64,000 bases of DNA from Octopus sinensis (taxonomy: Eukaryota): positions 38,936,001-39,000,000 of the forward strand of contig NC_043007.1 in NCBI RefSeq assembly GCF_006345805.1, in the 5' to 3' direction. The notes under the pieces were generated by a model that was given only the letters and a program-made list of their open reading frames with translations, did not search any database and was not told where the DNA came from. A program made the position numbers and the translations under genes. Of the stretch, positions 1 to 12,872 are shown one piece after another (within the stretch, counting starts at the first letter, position 1; every line of letters begins with the position of its first letter).

Positions 1-206
1 GCAAAATGCTTAGCGGTATTTTGTCTACTGTTACGTTCTGAGTTCAAATTCCTCCGAGGTCGACTTTGCTTTTCATCCTTTTGGGGTTGATAAATTAAGT
101 ACTGTACCAGTTATGCACTGGGGTCGATGTAATTGACTTAATCCCTTTGTCTGTCCTTGTTTGTCCCCTCTACGTTTAGCCCCTTGTGGGCAATAAAGAA
201 ATAAGG
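1..206 (+). mobile_element. SINE family B (Meta-domain-like core), 5'-truncated by window edge
   Basis: B box gagttcaaattcc and core gtcgactttgc(c/t)tttcatcct...gata aattaagtac. Same family recurs at about 5140, 11748, 12605, 13888, 16960, 17168, 33660, 33885, 34070, 62390, 63535. Confidence 0.8.
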
Positions 207-480
207 GACTATACTGTATCATATGTTCTTCCCTTTTTAGTATAATAGGATGTGAGCTGAAGGAAATGTGGCCACTCTTACAAACACCTCAATAAACTAC
301 ACAGAAACCCCTTAGCTGGCTTATCTGCACATGTTGGTAGAATCATTAGATCTTTAGATAGAATGCCTCAGGGTATTTGTTCTGACACACTACACCCAAG
401 GTTCAAATCCTGTTGAAGTCAACTTTACAACTTTTCAGTGTCGATAAAAATGTACCAATCCACAGCATTAGATCAACAAG

Positions 481-800
481 TGAGGGCGCGTGGCTTAGTG
501 GTTAGGGCATTCGGCTCATGATCGTAAGGTTGTGAGTTCAATTCCCGGCGACGCGTTGTGACCTTGAGCAAGACACTTTATTTCACGTTGCTCCAGTCCA
601 CTCAGCTGGCAAAAATGAGTTGTACTTGTATTTCAAAGGGTCAGCCTTGTCACTCTCTGTGTCACGCTGATTATCCCCGAGAACTACGTTAAGGGTACAC
701 GTGTCTGTGGAATGCTCAGCCATTTGCACGTTAATTTCACGAGCAAGCTGTTCCGTTGATCGTATCAGCTGGGACCCTCGTCGTCGTAACCGGCGGAGTC
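481..800 (+). mobile_element. tRNA-derived SINE family C (CORE/V-like core), near-intact copy
   Basis: A box tggcttagtgg, B box gagttcaattcc, then ccttgagcaagacactt core. Decayed copies at about 14832-15150 (+), 33050-33365 (-) and 53215-53465 (-). Confidence 0.8.
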
Positions 801-1403
801 TTTTTTTTAGATCAACAAAACTTTTGGAGGGTCAGGTTAGGTGTCTTATCGTATTATTTCCGGCTATTTTGCATTCTGACAACAATGCCTGTAATGACGA
901 TGGTGCCAAGATACATTGGTCAAAATTGGTAGTTTTTTTGTCTGGATAAGCATTGGTAGCAGTGGCATAGCTAATAGAGGAGACAGGGAAGTGACTACCA
1001 GCAATGAGCAGATCTTTCAAAATAAATACCTTTTCAACAATTTTTTTTTAGTTCTTTAGTTCACTTGTGTGATAGAAATCGAATCTCTTTTTCCTTTTTG
1101 TTAATTGCATGGCCATGAAAGAATGTTCTGGATTCATTACTTTATTTGGCTAACCTTCCGTGTTTTTGAACTGTCGGTCCAATCGCCTGTGATGAATTAT
1201 TGGCCACTGACACCTGAAGATCCAAAACAAACCCTGATGTCATGACCTCTTAACACAGGGTGATACCGTGGAATCTTATCCTTTTCATGTCACACCTATA
1301 TTGGTAGTTGTAAATTTTATGTGAAATCACGTTGTTACTGAAACATGACATTAACGAATGTGGAATGCAATTCATCATCATCATCATTTAACGTCTGCCT
1401 TCC

Positions 1404-2170
1404 ATGCTGGTTGCTTTTTACATGCCACTGGCACTAGGGCCAGTCAGGCTTAAATGGTGCTTTTTATATGCCAGTGATATGGGAGCCAGTCAGGCAGAAT
1501 TGACAATGACCACACTCGAATGGTGCTTTTTACATGCCACTGGCATGGGTGCCGGTCAGGTGGTACTGGCAATGACCATGCTTGAATGGTCTTTTTATGT
1601 GCCACCAGCATGGGAGCCAGTCAGGTGGTACTGGCAATGACCATGCTCAAATGGTGTTTTTACGTGCCACTGGCATGAGTGCCAGTCAGGCAGAACTGGC
1701 AATGACCATGCTCGAATGGTACTTTTTATGTGCCACTAGCACGGGAGCCAGTCAGGCACTACTGGCAATGACCACACTTGAATGGTGCTTTTTACGTGCC
1801 ACCGGCATGGGTGCCAATAAGGTGGTACTGGCAATGACCATGCTTAAATGGTGCTTTTTATGTGCCACTGGCATGGGTGCCAGTCAGGCGGTACTGGCAA
1901 TGACTACGCTTGAATGGTGCTTTTTACGTGCCACCAGCATGGGAGCCAGTCAGGTGGTACTAACAATGAACATGCTTGAATGGTCCTTTTTACGTGCCAC
2001 TGGCATGGGTGCCAGTCAGCCACTACTGGCAATGACCACGCTTGAATGGTGCTTTTTACGTGCCACCAGCTTGGGAGCCAGTCAGGCGCTACTGGCAATG
2101 ACCACACTTCATTGGTGTTTTTTATGTGCCACCGGCATGGGTGCCAGTCAGGTGGTACTGGCATTGGCCA
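1404..2170. repeat. 66-bp minisatellite (~12 units) forming the expanded end of a family-D SINE
   Basis: The gtgccac anchor recurs at about 1534, 1599, 1664, 1730, 1796, 1862, 1928, 1993, 2059, 2125. The same unit occurs 3-4 times in related elements at about 22440-22690 and 36060-36260. Confidence 0.9.
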
Positions 2171-2423
2171 CATCACATAGGTACATAATTTTAAAATGAA
2201 AACACAAGATAGTCTTGATTGGCCTTTCTTTGATTCATTAGTTTGCTTAGTTAGGACTGACCTAGGGTTAAACAGTTAAACAACAATAATTACAAAAGCA
2301 ATAGCATTTACTCAGTCCATTTTTCATATATTACTTTTTGATATTTGATTTTCAGTCAGAGGTTATAGGTATGTTCTCTCTGTCACTGTAGCTTTTACAG
2401 AAAAACAAGTCTGACTTGTTTAA

Positions 2424-2770
2424 TCCTCCTCATCATCAATATCCTCATCATCAATATCCTCATCATCATCATTGGCATCAGTGTTGATCATCATCATCAT
2501 CATCACTACTACCACTTCCACCACTATCATCATTGTTGTCATCATCATCATCATTATTGCTGCTACCACCATCACCACTGCTGCTGCCATTGCCATCACT
2601 ACCACCATCATCATCATCATTACCATTGCCACCGCCACCACCATTGCCCCTGCTACCGCCGCTGCCACAACCACCACCATCACCACCATCACCACCACCA
2701 CAACCACCTTCATCATCATCATCATCATCAATGTCATTATCATCATCGACATAGTCACCATTGTTATACA
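2424..2770. repeat. Compound trinucleotide microsatellite (CAT/CAC/CTG)
   Basis: Directly visible; source of the poly-I/T/M/V ORFs. Confidence 0.95.
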
Positions 2771-2947
2771 TCTGTTATTCCATTCTAGCATGGGCTGGGC
2801 AGTTTTTCTTGGTAGTGCTGTTGTAAAGCCAGAGGCCTTTCCAGTCACTGACCCTTCTGATTGCCTCTTACAACACCCAGGCTTGTAGTGTAGCCATTCC
2901 ACAACCAGGCTATCCACATTAATCTGTAAGCATCTGTCTTCTTTCAG

Positions 2948-3084
2948 GTGCCCTGGCATACCATGGTCACAGAGTTAAGATGTATGATAACAATACAGAA
3001 ACACTCAATAAAGCCTACTCCGTCATTGAAGAAGATAAAAACATGCTCCGACAAGAAGGACTGCTGCTACAAAAGAATTTCCTG
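2948..3084 (+). CDS. Gene 1 exon: Rossmann alphaA/beta2 region ([13 protein letters not shown]...)
   Basis: Acceptor tcttctttcag at 2946-2947, donor gtaatt at 3085. GHxVxxxD matches the beta2 strand of 3HCDH_N. Phase 1 in, phase 0 out. Confidence 0.9.
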
Positions 3085-4744
3085 GTAATTAATACTATTA
3101 ATTGTTCATTAATGGGTTTGGCTTTTACCTTCTTTACAAAAAGGTTGTTTTTGTTTCTTTCTGTCTTTTTGTTTAATAAGTTAATTCAGGAAAGAATGGC
3201 CAGATAATGGCCATGGCCTTTGCGGGCCCTCTTAGACAGGACAGGCTGACAATATAACTGCGCAAAAAAATATCAGGGGAACTTACATCATCTTCATCAT
3301 TGTTTTAAGTCTGCTTTTCATGTTAGTATCGGTTGGATTGATTGATACAGTCTGAAATAATTCTTATCTGGAGTTACATCCATTGTAAGTATGTTTGGTG
3401 AACCAGTTGCACTTATATGTTTTATTTCAGCTTGGCATTTAACAGATTGATGTCCTTCCTAATACCAACCACTTTACAGAGCTTTATAGGGTGTACTGAA
3501 TGCATTTTATTGTGGCACCAGCACTAGAGAGGTTGTCATGTTTTCCACAAGACCAGACCAGCTAGTCATCTCATTCATACTGTGCCTCTGCTTGTATACC
3601 AACCACTTTACAAAGCTTTACAGAGTGTACTAAATGCATTTTATTGTGGCACCAGCACTAGAGAGGTTGTCATGTTTTCCACAAGACCAGACCAGCTAGT
3701 CATCTCATTCATACTGTGCCTCCGCTTGTTTACCAACCACTTTACAAAGCTTTACAGAGTATACTAAATGCATTTTATTGTGGCACCAGCACTAGAAAGG
3801 TTGTCATGTTTTCCACAAGACTAACTGATTGTCTCATCCGTATTGTGTCTCTACTTGTTTACCAACTACCTTACAGTGTACTGGGTGCCTTTTATAATGG
3901 CCCCCAGCCAGGGCTGGATTGACACCCATTGAGGCACTAAGCACTTATAAGATTTTGGTACCCCCATAAAAGATTATTTAATTCAAAATATAAACAATAA
4001 CAAACCATGAAATAAATTTTTACTTTTCAAAACTAAACAAAACAGTAAGAGGGAAAATAATGTTTAATTTATATTGAAAAGTTTCCTCCTACTTTTTTGA
4101 ATTGCAAAGTCTTTGATCAGATCCTCACAATTAATCTTAGGTAACACATCTGCAGCTATACTTAGTAGAGATAAAGGCATCCTGAATATTATTTTAGCAA
4201 GCTTAAAGTGATTTCTTTTGTGCCATAAACCATTTACCGTTTCTGTGGTGCCCCTTCCTTCCCTTGATGCCCTAAGCACATACTTATTTTGCTTAATGGC
4301 TAATCCAGTGCTGGCCCCAGCACTAATGTGGTGTCCTTGTTCTCTGCAAGACAAAACGTCCCCAGTGTTCTATATTGTCCCTGTTAGTTCAGAAGAATGT
4401 GACCAATAGGAGAGAGGTTAACTGCAAAAGATGCATTAGCATTCTGCATGTTAAATACAAATATAGTAGGGATTATTTAATGAGTTGAGAAACTTTAATT
4501 AGTTAAGATTATCCATGCAATTAGTAGCAAAAACCTCCCTATAGTATTTAAAGGCTAAAAATAACAAAGGAGAAAAGTCCAATAAAATTACTTAATTGAA
4601 ATTATTGGAAAATATAGAAAACACAGAATGGGAGTAGATCCAGCCTATAACACCTCCTACTGAAAGCAGTGGACATGTTTTAGTCATATTAAACTTCCTC
4701 AGCAAAACATATTCTAATCAGTTGGCAAAACAAATAGTAACCTA

Positions 4745-4775
<31 letters not shown>

Positions 4776-5514
4776 GCCAGTTCAGATTGGAGCCTGGTGC
4801 AGCCATCTGGTTCGCCAGTCCTCAGTAAAATCGTCCAACCCATTCTAGCATGGAAAGTGGATGTTAAATGATGATGATGATGATGATATACACATACATA
4901 CATGGTTATGTGATTAAAAAGCTTGCCTTCCATCCATGTGGTCTTGAGTTCAGTTCCACTGCATGACACCTTGTGCAAGCATCTTCTACTGCAGCCTTGT
5001 GTAAACCAAAGCTTTGTGGTTGAATTTGGCTGACACAAACTGAAAGAAGCTCACCATGCATGTGTATATGTATGTGTGTGTGTGTGCATCTTTGTCTAAA
5101 TATTATTTGGTGATTGTAAATTATACAATGTTGATTGTATTGGCAAGCTGGTAGAAACGTTAGCACGTTGGGCAAAATGCTTAGCAGTATTTTGGCTGTC
5201 TTTATGTTCTGAGTTCAAATTTCACCGAGGTCGACTTTGCCTTTCATCCTTTCGGGGTTGATAAATTAAGTACCAGTTGTGTACTGGGGTCTATCTAGTT
5301 GACTGGCCCGCTCCCCCAAAATTTTGGGTCTTGTTGATTGTGTCCGATCTTCAGTGGAAACCATGCCCTCTCATAGAGAAATATTACTTTGCTTAGAAAC
5401 TAGTGTGGGGTGGTGACAAGAAGGGCATCAAGCTGTAGAAAATCTACTTCAGTAATTTCCATAAAGCATATGAAGCATGGAAAAGTAGATGTTAAATGAT
5501 GATGATGACGATGA

Positions 5515-5548
<34 letters not shown>

Positions 5549-5643
5549 GGTGATGATGATGATGGTGGTGGTGGTGGTGGTGGTGATGATGATGATAATG
5601 ATGATGGTGTTGGTGGTGGTGGTGTTGGTGGTTTTGGTAGTGG

Positions 5644-5685
<42 letters not shown>

Positions 5686-6148
5686 AAATATAGACATCAA
5701 TACTTGGAAGTTTAATATCTAAATTCTTAATCTTTATAATTTTGGCAGCAGGGAGTGCTAAATCCAAATTCTATTACAGACATAGCAGATCTTAGAAAAG
5801 TTTAAAGTGTACATTAATCTAAAAGTTCTGCCGATTCTTCATATCAAAGTGATGATTTATTCTTTCAGGGAACAATATATTACCTAAGTGGCCTCCAAGA
5901 AACAGTCAAAGATGCAGATTTTATATTCGAAGCAATTGTTGATGATCTTGAGATGAAACAAGACTTATTTCAAAGTAAGTACTAGACCAGTCAATACCTG
6001 GCCTAGGTTGACCATTCGTTTTGATTTTAAAAATAACCTCTGAAACTTAAGGGGTGGGTGTTTTCTAACGTGGTCCAAGGCTAACCAGGCCTTTCTGAGT
6101 AGATTTGGTACTTAGAAACTGATATGTGCATACGTGTGTGTGTGTGTG

Positions 6149-6183
<35 letters not shown>

Positions 6184-8354
6184 TAGTTTCCAGATGTTTC
6201 TTCAGGTTGGGTGGTATTGAACCTAATGCTCTGATGACAACAGGGCTAACCTTTATGTTTGACTCTTGTGGCTGCCACATTTTGGCAATCTAAATTTTCA
6301 GGTCTCCATATTTCTCAACCTTTTTCTCTTTCTTTTTCCTTTTTCTCTCTCTCTCTTCCTTCTTCTTCTTCTTCTTCTTCTTCTTCTTCTTCTCTTCTTC
6401 TTCTTCTTCTTCTCCTCCTCCTTCTCCTTCTTCTTCTTCTTCTTCTTCTTCTTCTTCTTCTTCTTGTTTTAATTTTTACTCCATGTATTCCTTATAACTT
6501 AGGTGCTTCACAAATGTGCAAGAATGATGCAGTGATTGCCACAAATTCACTCAAGTTCCACATCTCAGATATTGCCAAGAAATCTTCAAACAAAGAGGTA
6601 AGATGGCTGCAGTAATATCCAAAATATCTGAGGTAAATTATTGCTAGACTTCAACAAAGATTCTCGCAGACATCTTTAGATATGATTAATAAGTCTTATT
6701 CACCTTCCAATAACTTAAAGGTATGCCCCAACACATTTTCCCACCATCTTCTCTCCTTCTCATCTTTCTCTCTTTGCTTTTCTCATTTCTCTCTCCTGTC
6801 TTGTCTCTTTTCCCACAGCGGGGAGCCTTTACAGCCAGATACCTGCTTTGTCACTCTGTCATAGCTTAATGTGCCATCATGTGGCACAAAGTCACCTGTT
6901 CAAAACTGTTCCCCATTCAGTTGAGTGATCTTGTCTTGTGAGTTACTTAGTGACCTTGCTGATGCCGGTGCCATGTAAAATGCACCCGGAACACTCTGTA
7001 GAATGGTTAGCACTGGGAAGAGCATCTAACCAGAGAAACCTTGCCAAAGCAAGTAGTGGAGCTTGGCACAATCCTCTGGTTCACCAGCTCCTGTCAAACC
7101 ATCCAACCCATGCCAACATAAGAAATGGATATTAAATGGTGGTGGTGGTGATGATGATGATCACTAAATGAGCTTCACTATACAAGTGGTGTCATTCGTG
7201 TCCAATCTTCTGTGAAATGATGTTTGACACAAGGCCAAAAATTTGACGGGTGGAGACAAGTTGACTGCATTGACTCCTGTAATTGCCTGGTACTTTATTT
7301 TATTGACCTTGAAAAAATGAAAGCCAAAGTTGACCTCAGCAGGATTTGAACTCTTATAACATAGAGATCCAGGAAAAATGCCACTAAGTATTTTGTCTGA
7401 TGTGCTAATGATTCTGTCAGCTCACTGCCTTCTTTCATATTTTGGCTGAAGGCCAGTAATTTTAGGGGATAGGGGTTAGTTGATTACATTGTACTTGATG
7501 GTACAGTGTAATCACATCATCAACTAATTGATTGATATTTTGGTTTGCTGACCTCGAAAGAATGAACAAAAAAGATGACCCTGACAGAAACTGAAATGTG
7601 ATGACAAAGGGCTGTTACAAATACCATAAGGTATTTTGTTCTGGCTCCTTAAGTTCATATTCTGTTAGGGTCAACTTTGCCCTTCATCCCTCCTGAGTTG
7701 ATAAAATAAAGCACTAGTGAAGAACAACTAACTCTGGCCTTGTGCCTAATGGCGATGATGATGGTGGTGGTGGTGGTGGTGGTGGTGGTGGTGGTGAGGG
7801 GTGGTGGTGGCAGTGGCAATGCTCATAAAGAAAATAACAACAATTATGACTTCTTTTATTTGCCACAGGAACATTAGGCGAAGAGAATATTACATATCTA
7901 TTTATTTATCTCTCTATATATAAACGGCAGTTTGTCTGTATGTGTGTCTGTGTGTCTGTCAGGTTGTACCCTCACCCTGACCACGGCTTTCAACCGATTC
8001 TGATGAAACTTGACACACACATAGCCCAATGTCATAATTCAAAACTAACGCAGCGAAAATTTTGAAAAGTTCCCCCAGTTCTGAAAAGAATCGATAAATT
8101 TGACATGGGGTCGAGAATCTAAGCTTTTTATATGCAACACATTTTCTGTCTAGGGGACACAACTCGACCTTTTTATCGCCCAAAGGAACAGCTAGGAACA
8201 TCGTATACACAGAAGACATTGCAACCTACACATGCGCCTTCGTTCCCTAGAGGGAACGGACTAGATTGGGATTAGTCGTTGCCTACTAGGGGCTCTTACA
8301 TACCTGGGCAACGCCGGGCTATGCTGCTAGTCTACCTATATATCTGTGAATGTA

Positions 8355-8400
<46 letters not shown>

Positions 8401-9819
8401 TGTACACATACATGTCTATAATTGTATATGTGTGAGGGTGGATGTATTTGCTTACTTGTGTATCTATACGCACGCACACATACACACACATCTATATATG
8501 CATACATATATATCATATATGTATATATATATACATTTACATTAATAGTCTTTCAAATATGGCAATGTGGGAATTAAAAAAAGATCTTAATTTAATCAAT
8601 TAAAAAAAATTAAATCAGAATCTTATATGTATAAATGAAGATAATCATTTAATCTGATTTAAAATTAAACTCATCCAAAGAACAACTCATATACATAACT
8701 GACGTTTATTGGAAGACATAAATTGCAATGGAATGTTGACCAGATTAATATGTTCAGTAAATATCAACCTTTTGTTTATGTTTTCACGTATTTCTTTTAC
8801 TTTCTTTCACAGCAAATGATTGGTTTAAGGTTTTTATATCCTGTCTATTATATACCTGAAGTTGAGATCACTCTGAGCCAGCAGACTTCACCCGAAACTA
8901 TTGAAAAAGGTAAGGCCACAACAAGTTTCAGTCACGTTTCTAGCATAATTCTTTCTATTTTCAATAGCAGTCAATTGTTTGCTTCAAGAATGGACGAGGT
9001 ATTTCATTTCTATGCTTGTCACTTAACCTGTTGGTGACGTGTTGACAATGTAGCAATAAAAACTTCTTTGAAAAATAGGAAAAAAAAAATTATAATCTGT
9101 TGTGAATTCGTTACTATATATGTGTGGATAAAACCATATTCCCTCGGCAGTCTTCATTATGACCTCCACCTCTTCCACAACCTATTCCCTTCCCTCCCCT
9201 TCCCCTCCCTCTTTTCCTCCTCCTAGTCCCACCTCACCCCCATTCCACCTCAACTCTGCTTCCACTCTTGCCTCTCTCCCTCCTGCTTTTCCTCTTCATC
9301 CCCCCCCCCCCCGCTTCTCTCCCTCCTCCTTATCATTTCACAAATTTACTTTCCATGTTGGTATGGACTGGATGGGCCATCGAGTGCAAGTCAGTTCTTG
9401 TTTGGAAATACTGCTCGCCTATATGTGTCAGTGACCACATCTTGCTCATTACCTTTTATTTTGGCATGGTTCTATGGTTTCTACAATTGGATGCCCCTCC
9501 TATTAGTAACAATTTTACTAAGCATACTAAGATTTATTTTATCCTAGTACCAACATTGAAGAAGCTGTCATGTCCCCAAGATAAGACTGAACTAAAAGGG
9601 TCCTCTTAACTTTGTGTTGTTTCCACACATTTACCAATTGCCTTTATAGAGTGTACTCCATGTGTTTTATTGTGGCACAGCCCTAGTGAGTTTATCAAGT
9701 ATCAACAAGATAAAAAGCAAATCCACTGCATGGCACCTTGGGCAAGTGTCTTCTACTATAGTCTCGGGCCGACCAAAGTCTTGTGAGTGGATTTGGTAGA
9801 CGGAAACTGAAAGAAGCCC

Positions 9820-9869
<50 letters not shown>

Positions 9870-12826
9870 ATGGAGATGTACTTGCATAGCAAGTGACCTG
9901 ATCTGAGATCGTGTGCTGGAACAAAAACAATTGCAGCATGGAAGGTGTTTATAAGCCATTTAAGAAACACACAAAAACTGTTAGATTCACTTCAGCATTT
10001 AAATTTAATTTGCCAAAATATTTTTGTCGCTTTGAGACCACCACCTGTTCAGATGCAGCATGGAATTTTGTCAGTGAACAGGTCGCGGTCTCAAAGCGAC
10101 GAAAATATTTTGGCAAATTAAATTTAAATGTTGAAGTGAATTTAACGGTTTTTGTGTGTTTCTTAAATGGCTTACAAATACCTTCCATGCTGCAATTGTT
10201 TTTGTTCCAGCACACAATCTCAGATCAGGTCACTTGCTATGTGTATATACAACTGGCTTCTTTCAGTTTCCGTCTACCAAATCCACTCACAAGGCTTTGG
10301 TCACACCGAGGCTATAGTAGAAGATACTTGCCCAAGGTGCCACGCAGTGGGACTGAACCCGGAACCATGTGGTTTGTAAGCAAGCTACTTACCACACAGC
10401 CACTCCTACACCTATACACACACACACATATATATATACATACACACACTCATATATATACATATATATATATAAATATATGAAAGAATGGAGTTGAACG
10501 ACGAATTAACAAAATTCCTTTATTTTCGACATATGTTTCGAAGGCTGCATATTCCTAATTGCAAAGGAATAAGGAGTATATTATGCCGCTTTCTCATCAG
10601 GAAAAGCAAGGAACTTATGTCAACATCAAGATGCACAAAAAACTTTTAGATGACTGCTCACACGGAGCCCATAGTCGAAAATAAAGTAATTTTGTTAATT
10701 CGTCGTTCAACTCCATTCTTTCATATATTTATATTTAAAAAAAAAACATACAAATTTCCACACGAAAGCACGTAACTTCAAACGTGTCTTCTCTACTGTG
10801 AATTTGCTACCCAGGTATCAGTTAACCGAATTATCCATAAAAAGATAATTCATTCAACTACTCAAATATTCATATATATATATATACACTCATATATCTA
10901 TATGCATATGCACATGCACACTTATAAGCACTCATATATATACATACAAATACACACACACACACACATATATATATACATATAAAACATATAGAATGCT
11001 TATAACAAGTTATGTTTTCTTTGCATTTGACAGGAAGAAAGTTCTTGGAGAAAATGGGGAAGACATTATTCTTCAGATCTGGCAATGAACCATTGATTCT
11101 TAAGGAAGAGGAAAAGGAAACGAGAAAACAACGTAATTCATGATTTCAACATTCGAAACTATTGGCTGATTGCCTGATATGTTAGTGTTTTAGATGTAAT
11201 GCCTTTTATGGCATTTAGATATACATATTTCTTACAATGAGTTCATTAAGTTCAAGATCTACTGGTTTTGAGATTGTGTTTCCTCAGTTTGGGAGGTGGG
11301 GTGCTTAAATATGTACTGGTAGACTACTAATGTCAATGAAATTGGTCAATCACCTCACCCATTCAAAGAAGCCTTAAGATGCTGAACCTTATGAAGTAGA
11401 TGACAAGACCAAGCTATTTAGTGCATTACTGTACTTGGAAAGACATGCCCACCACAACAGAATTGAAATCCTAAAACCAGGGTGCCACATAAAATGCATT
11501 GGTGTGGGTGCTAGTGCCAAGTAAAAAGAACTAGTGATGCCACATGAAAAGCACCCAGTACATTCTGTGGTGTGGTTGGTATTCAGAAGGGCATCCAGCT
11601 GTAGCGGCCAAGCTAAAACAGACTATGGAACCTGGTGTGACCTCTGGCCACACCAGTTCCTGTCAAGCCTTCCAAACCATACCAGCATGGAAAATGGATG
11701 TTAAATGATGATGATGATGTTAGTATGTTAGAAATTGTCATCATAAAGGTGGCGAGCTGGCAGAAACATTAGCCTGCCGGGCGAAATGCTTAGTGGTATT
11801 TCGTCTGTTTTTACGTTCTGAGTTCAAATTCCACCAAGGTCGACTTTGCCTTTCATCCTTTTGGGGTTGAGAAATTAAGTAGTAGTTACACACTGGGGTC
11901 GATGTAATCGACTTAATCCCTCTGTCTGTCCTTGTTTGTCTCCTCTATGTCTAGCCCCCTGTGGGCAACAAAGAAATAAGAAATTGTCATCATTATCATC
12001 TTCATTGCCATTATCCTTGCTATTATTTTTCAGCTTTACGTTCTGAGTTCAAATGTTACTGAGGTCAATCTTGCCTTTTATCCGTTCAGGGTCAATAAAT
12101 TAAAATATTAGTCTAGTAGTAGCAGGGTCAGTCTAATTGACTAACATCCTTCTCTGAAGACTGCTGGCCTTATGCATAAAATAAAAACTGGTATCATAGC
12201 AGAATTATTAACATGTCTGACAAAACTGCTTAGCGACATTTCTTCTAGGTCCTTAATTCCTAAGTTCAAATTCTGCTGAGGTCAACTTTGCCTTTCATCT
12301 TTCCAGGGTCAATAAAATAAACTACCAGTCAAGTGCTGGTATTGATAGTAGTGACTAGCCATCTCTTCTCAAAACTGCTGGCCTTGTGCCAAGATTTAAA
12401 ACTATTCTTCTTTGGTCAATAAAATAAATACTTGTTGGGTGATGATGGGAGTTTGATGTAGTTGACTATCCTGTTTCCCTAATCTGTTTGGCCTGGCAGA
12501 ATCATTAGCATGCTAGACAAAATGCTCAACAGCAAGTACCAATCAAGTTCTGGGGTCGATGTAATTGACTTCCCTCTTTCCTGAAAAATTACCGGCCCTG
12601 TGCCAAAATTCAAAACAGAATCGTTAGCATGCTGGACGAAATGCTTAGTGGTATTTTGCCTATCATTATGTTCTGAGTTCAAATTCTGCCAAGGTTGGCT
12701 TTGCCTTTCATCCTTTTGGTGTTGACAGATTTTGTACCAGTGAAACATTGGGGTCGATGTAATCACGTAAACAACAAGTCCCCTCCTCCAAAATTTCAGG
12801 CCTTGGGCTTATAATAGAAAGGATTA

Positions 12827-12872
<46 letters not shown>

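Noticed and set aside
481-560. tRNA-like sequence (A and B boxes, ctcatga loop), also at SINE heads near 41900, 42980, 51660, 52210
   Set aside because: Continues directly into a SINE body and lacks a proper acceptor stem; SINE heads, not tRNA genes.
1582-2199. 205-aa ORF of 22-aa repeats (WCFLRATGMGASQVVLAMTMLE)
   Set aside because: By-product of a stop-free 66-bp SINE-associated minisatellite; related repeats occur in other SINE copies; no splice context.
1-2350. Search for the GxGxxG-encoding first coding exon of gene 1
   Set aside because: No frame with V(A/G)(V/I)(I/V)GxGxxG and a donor was found; it presumably lies upstream of the window.
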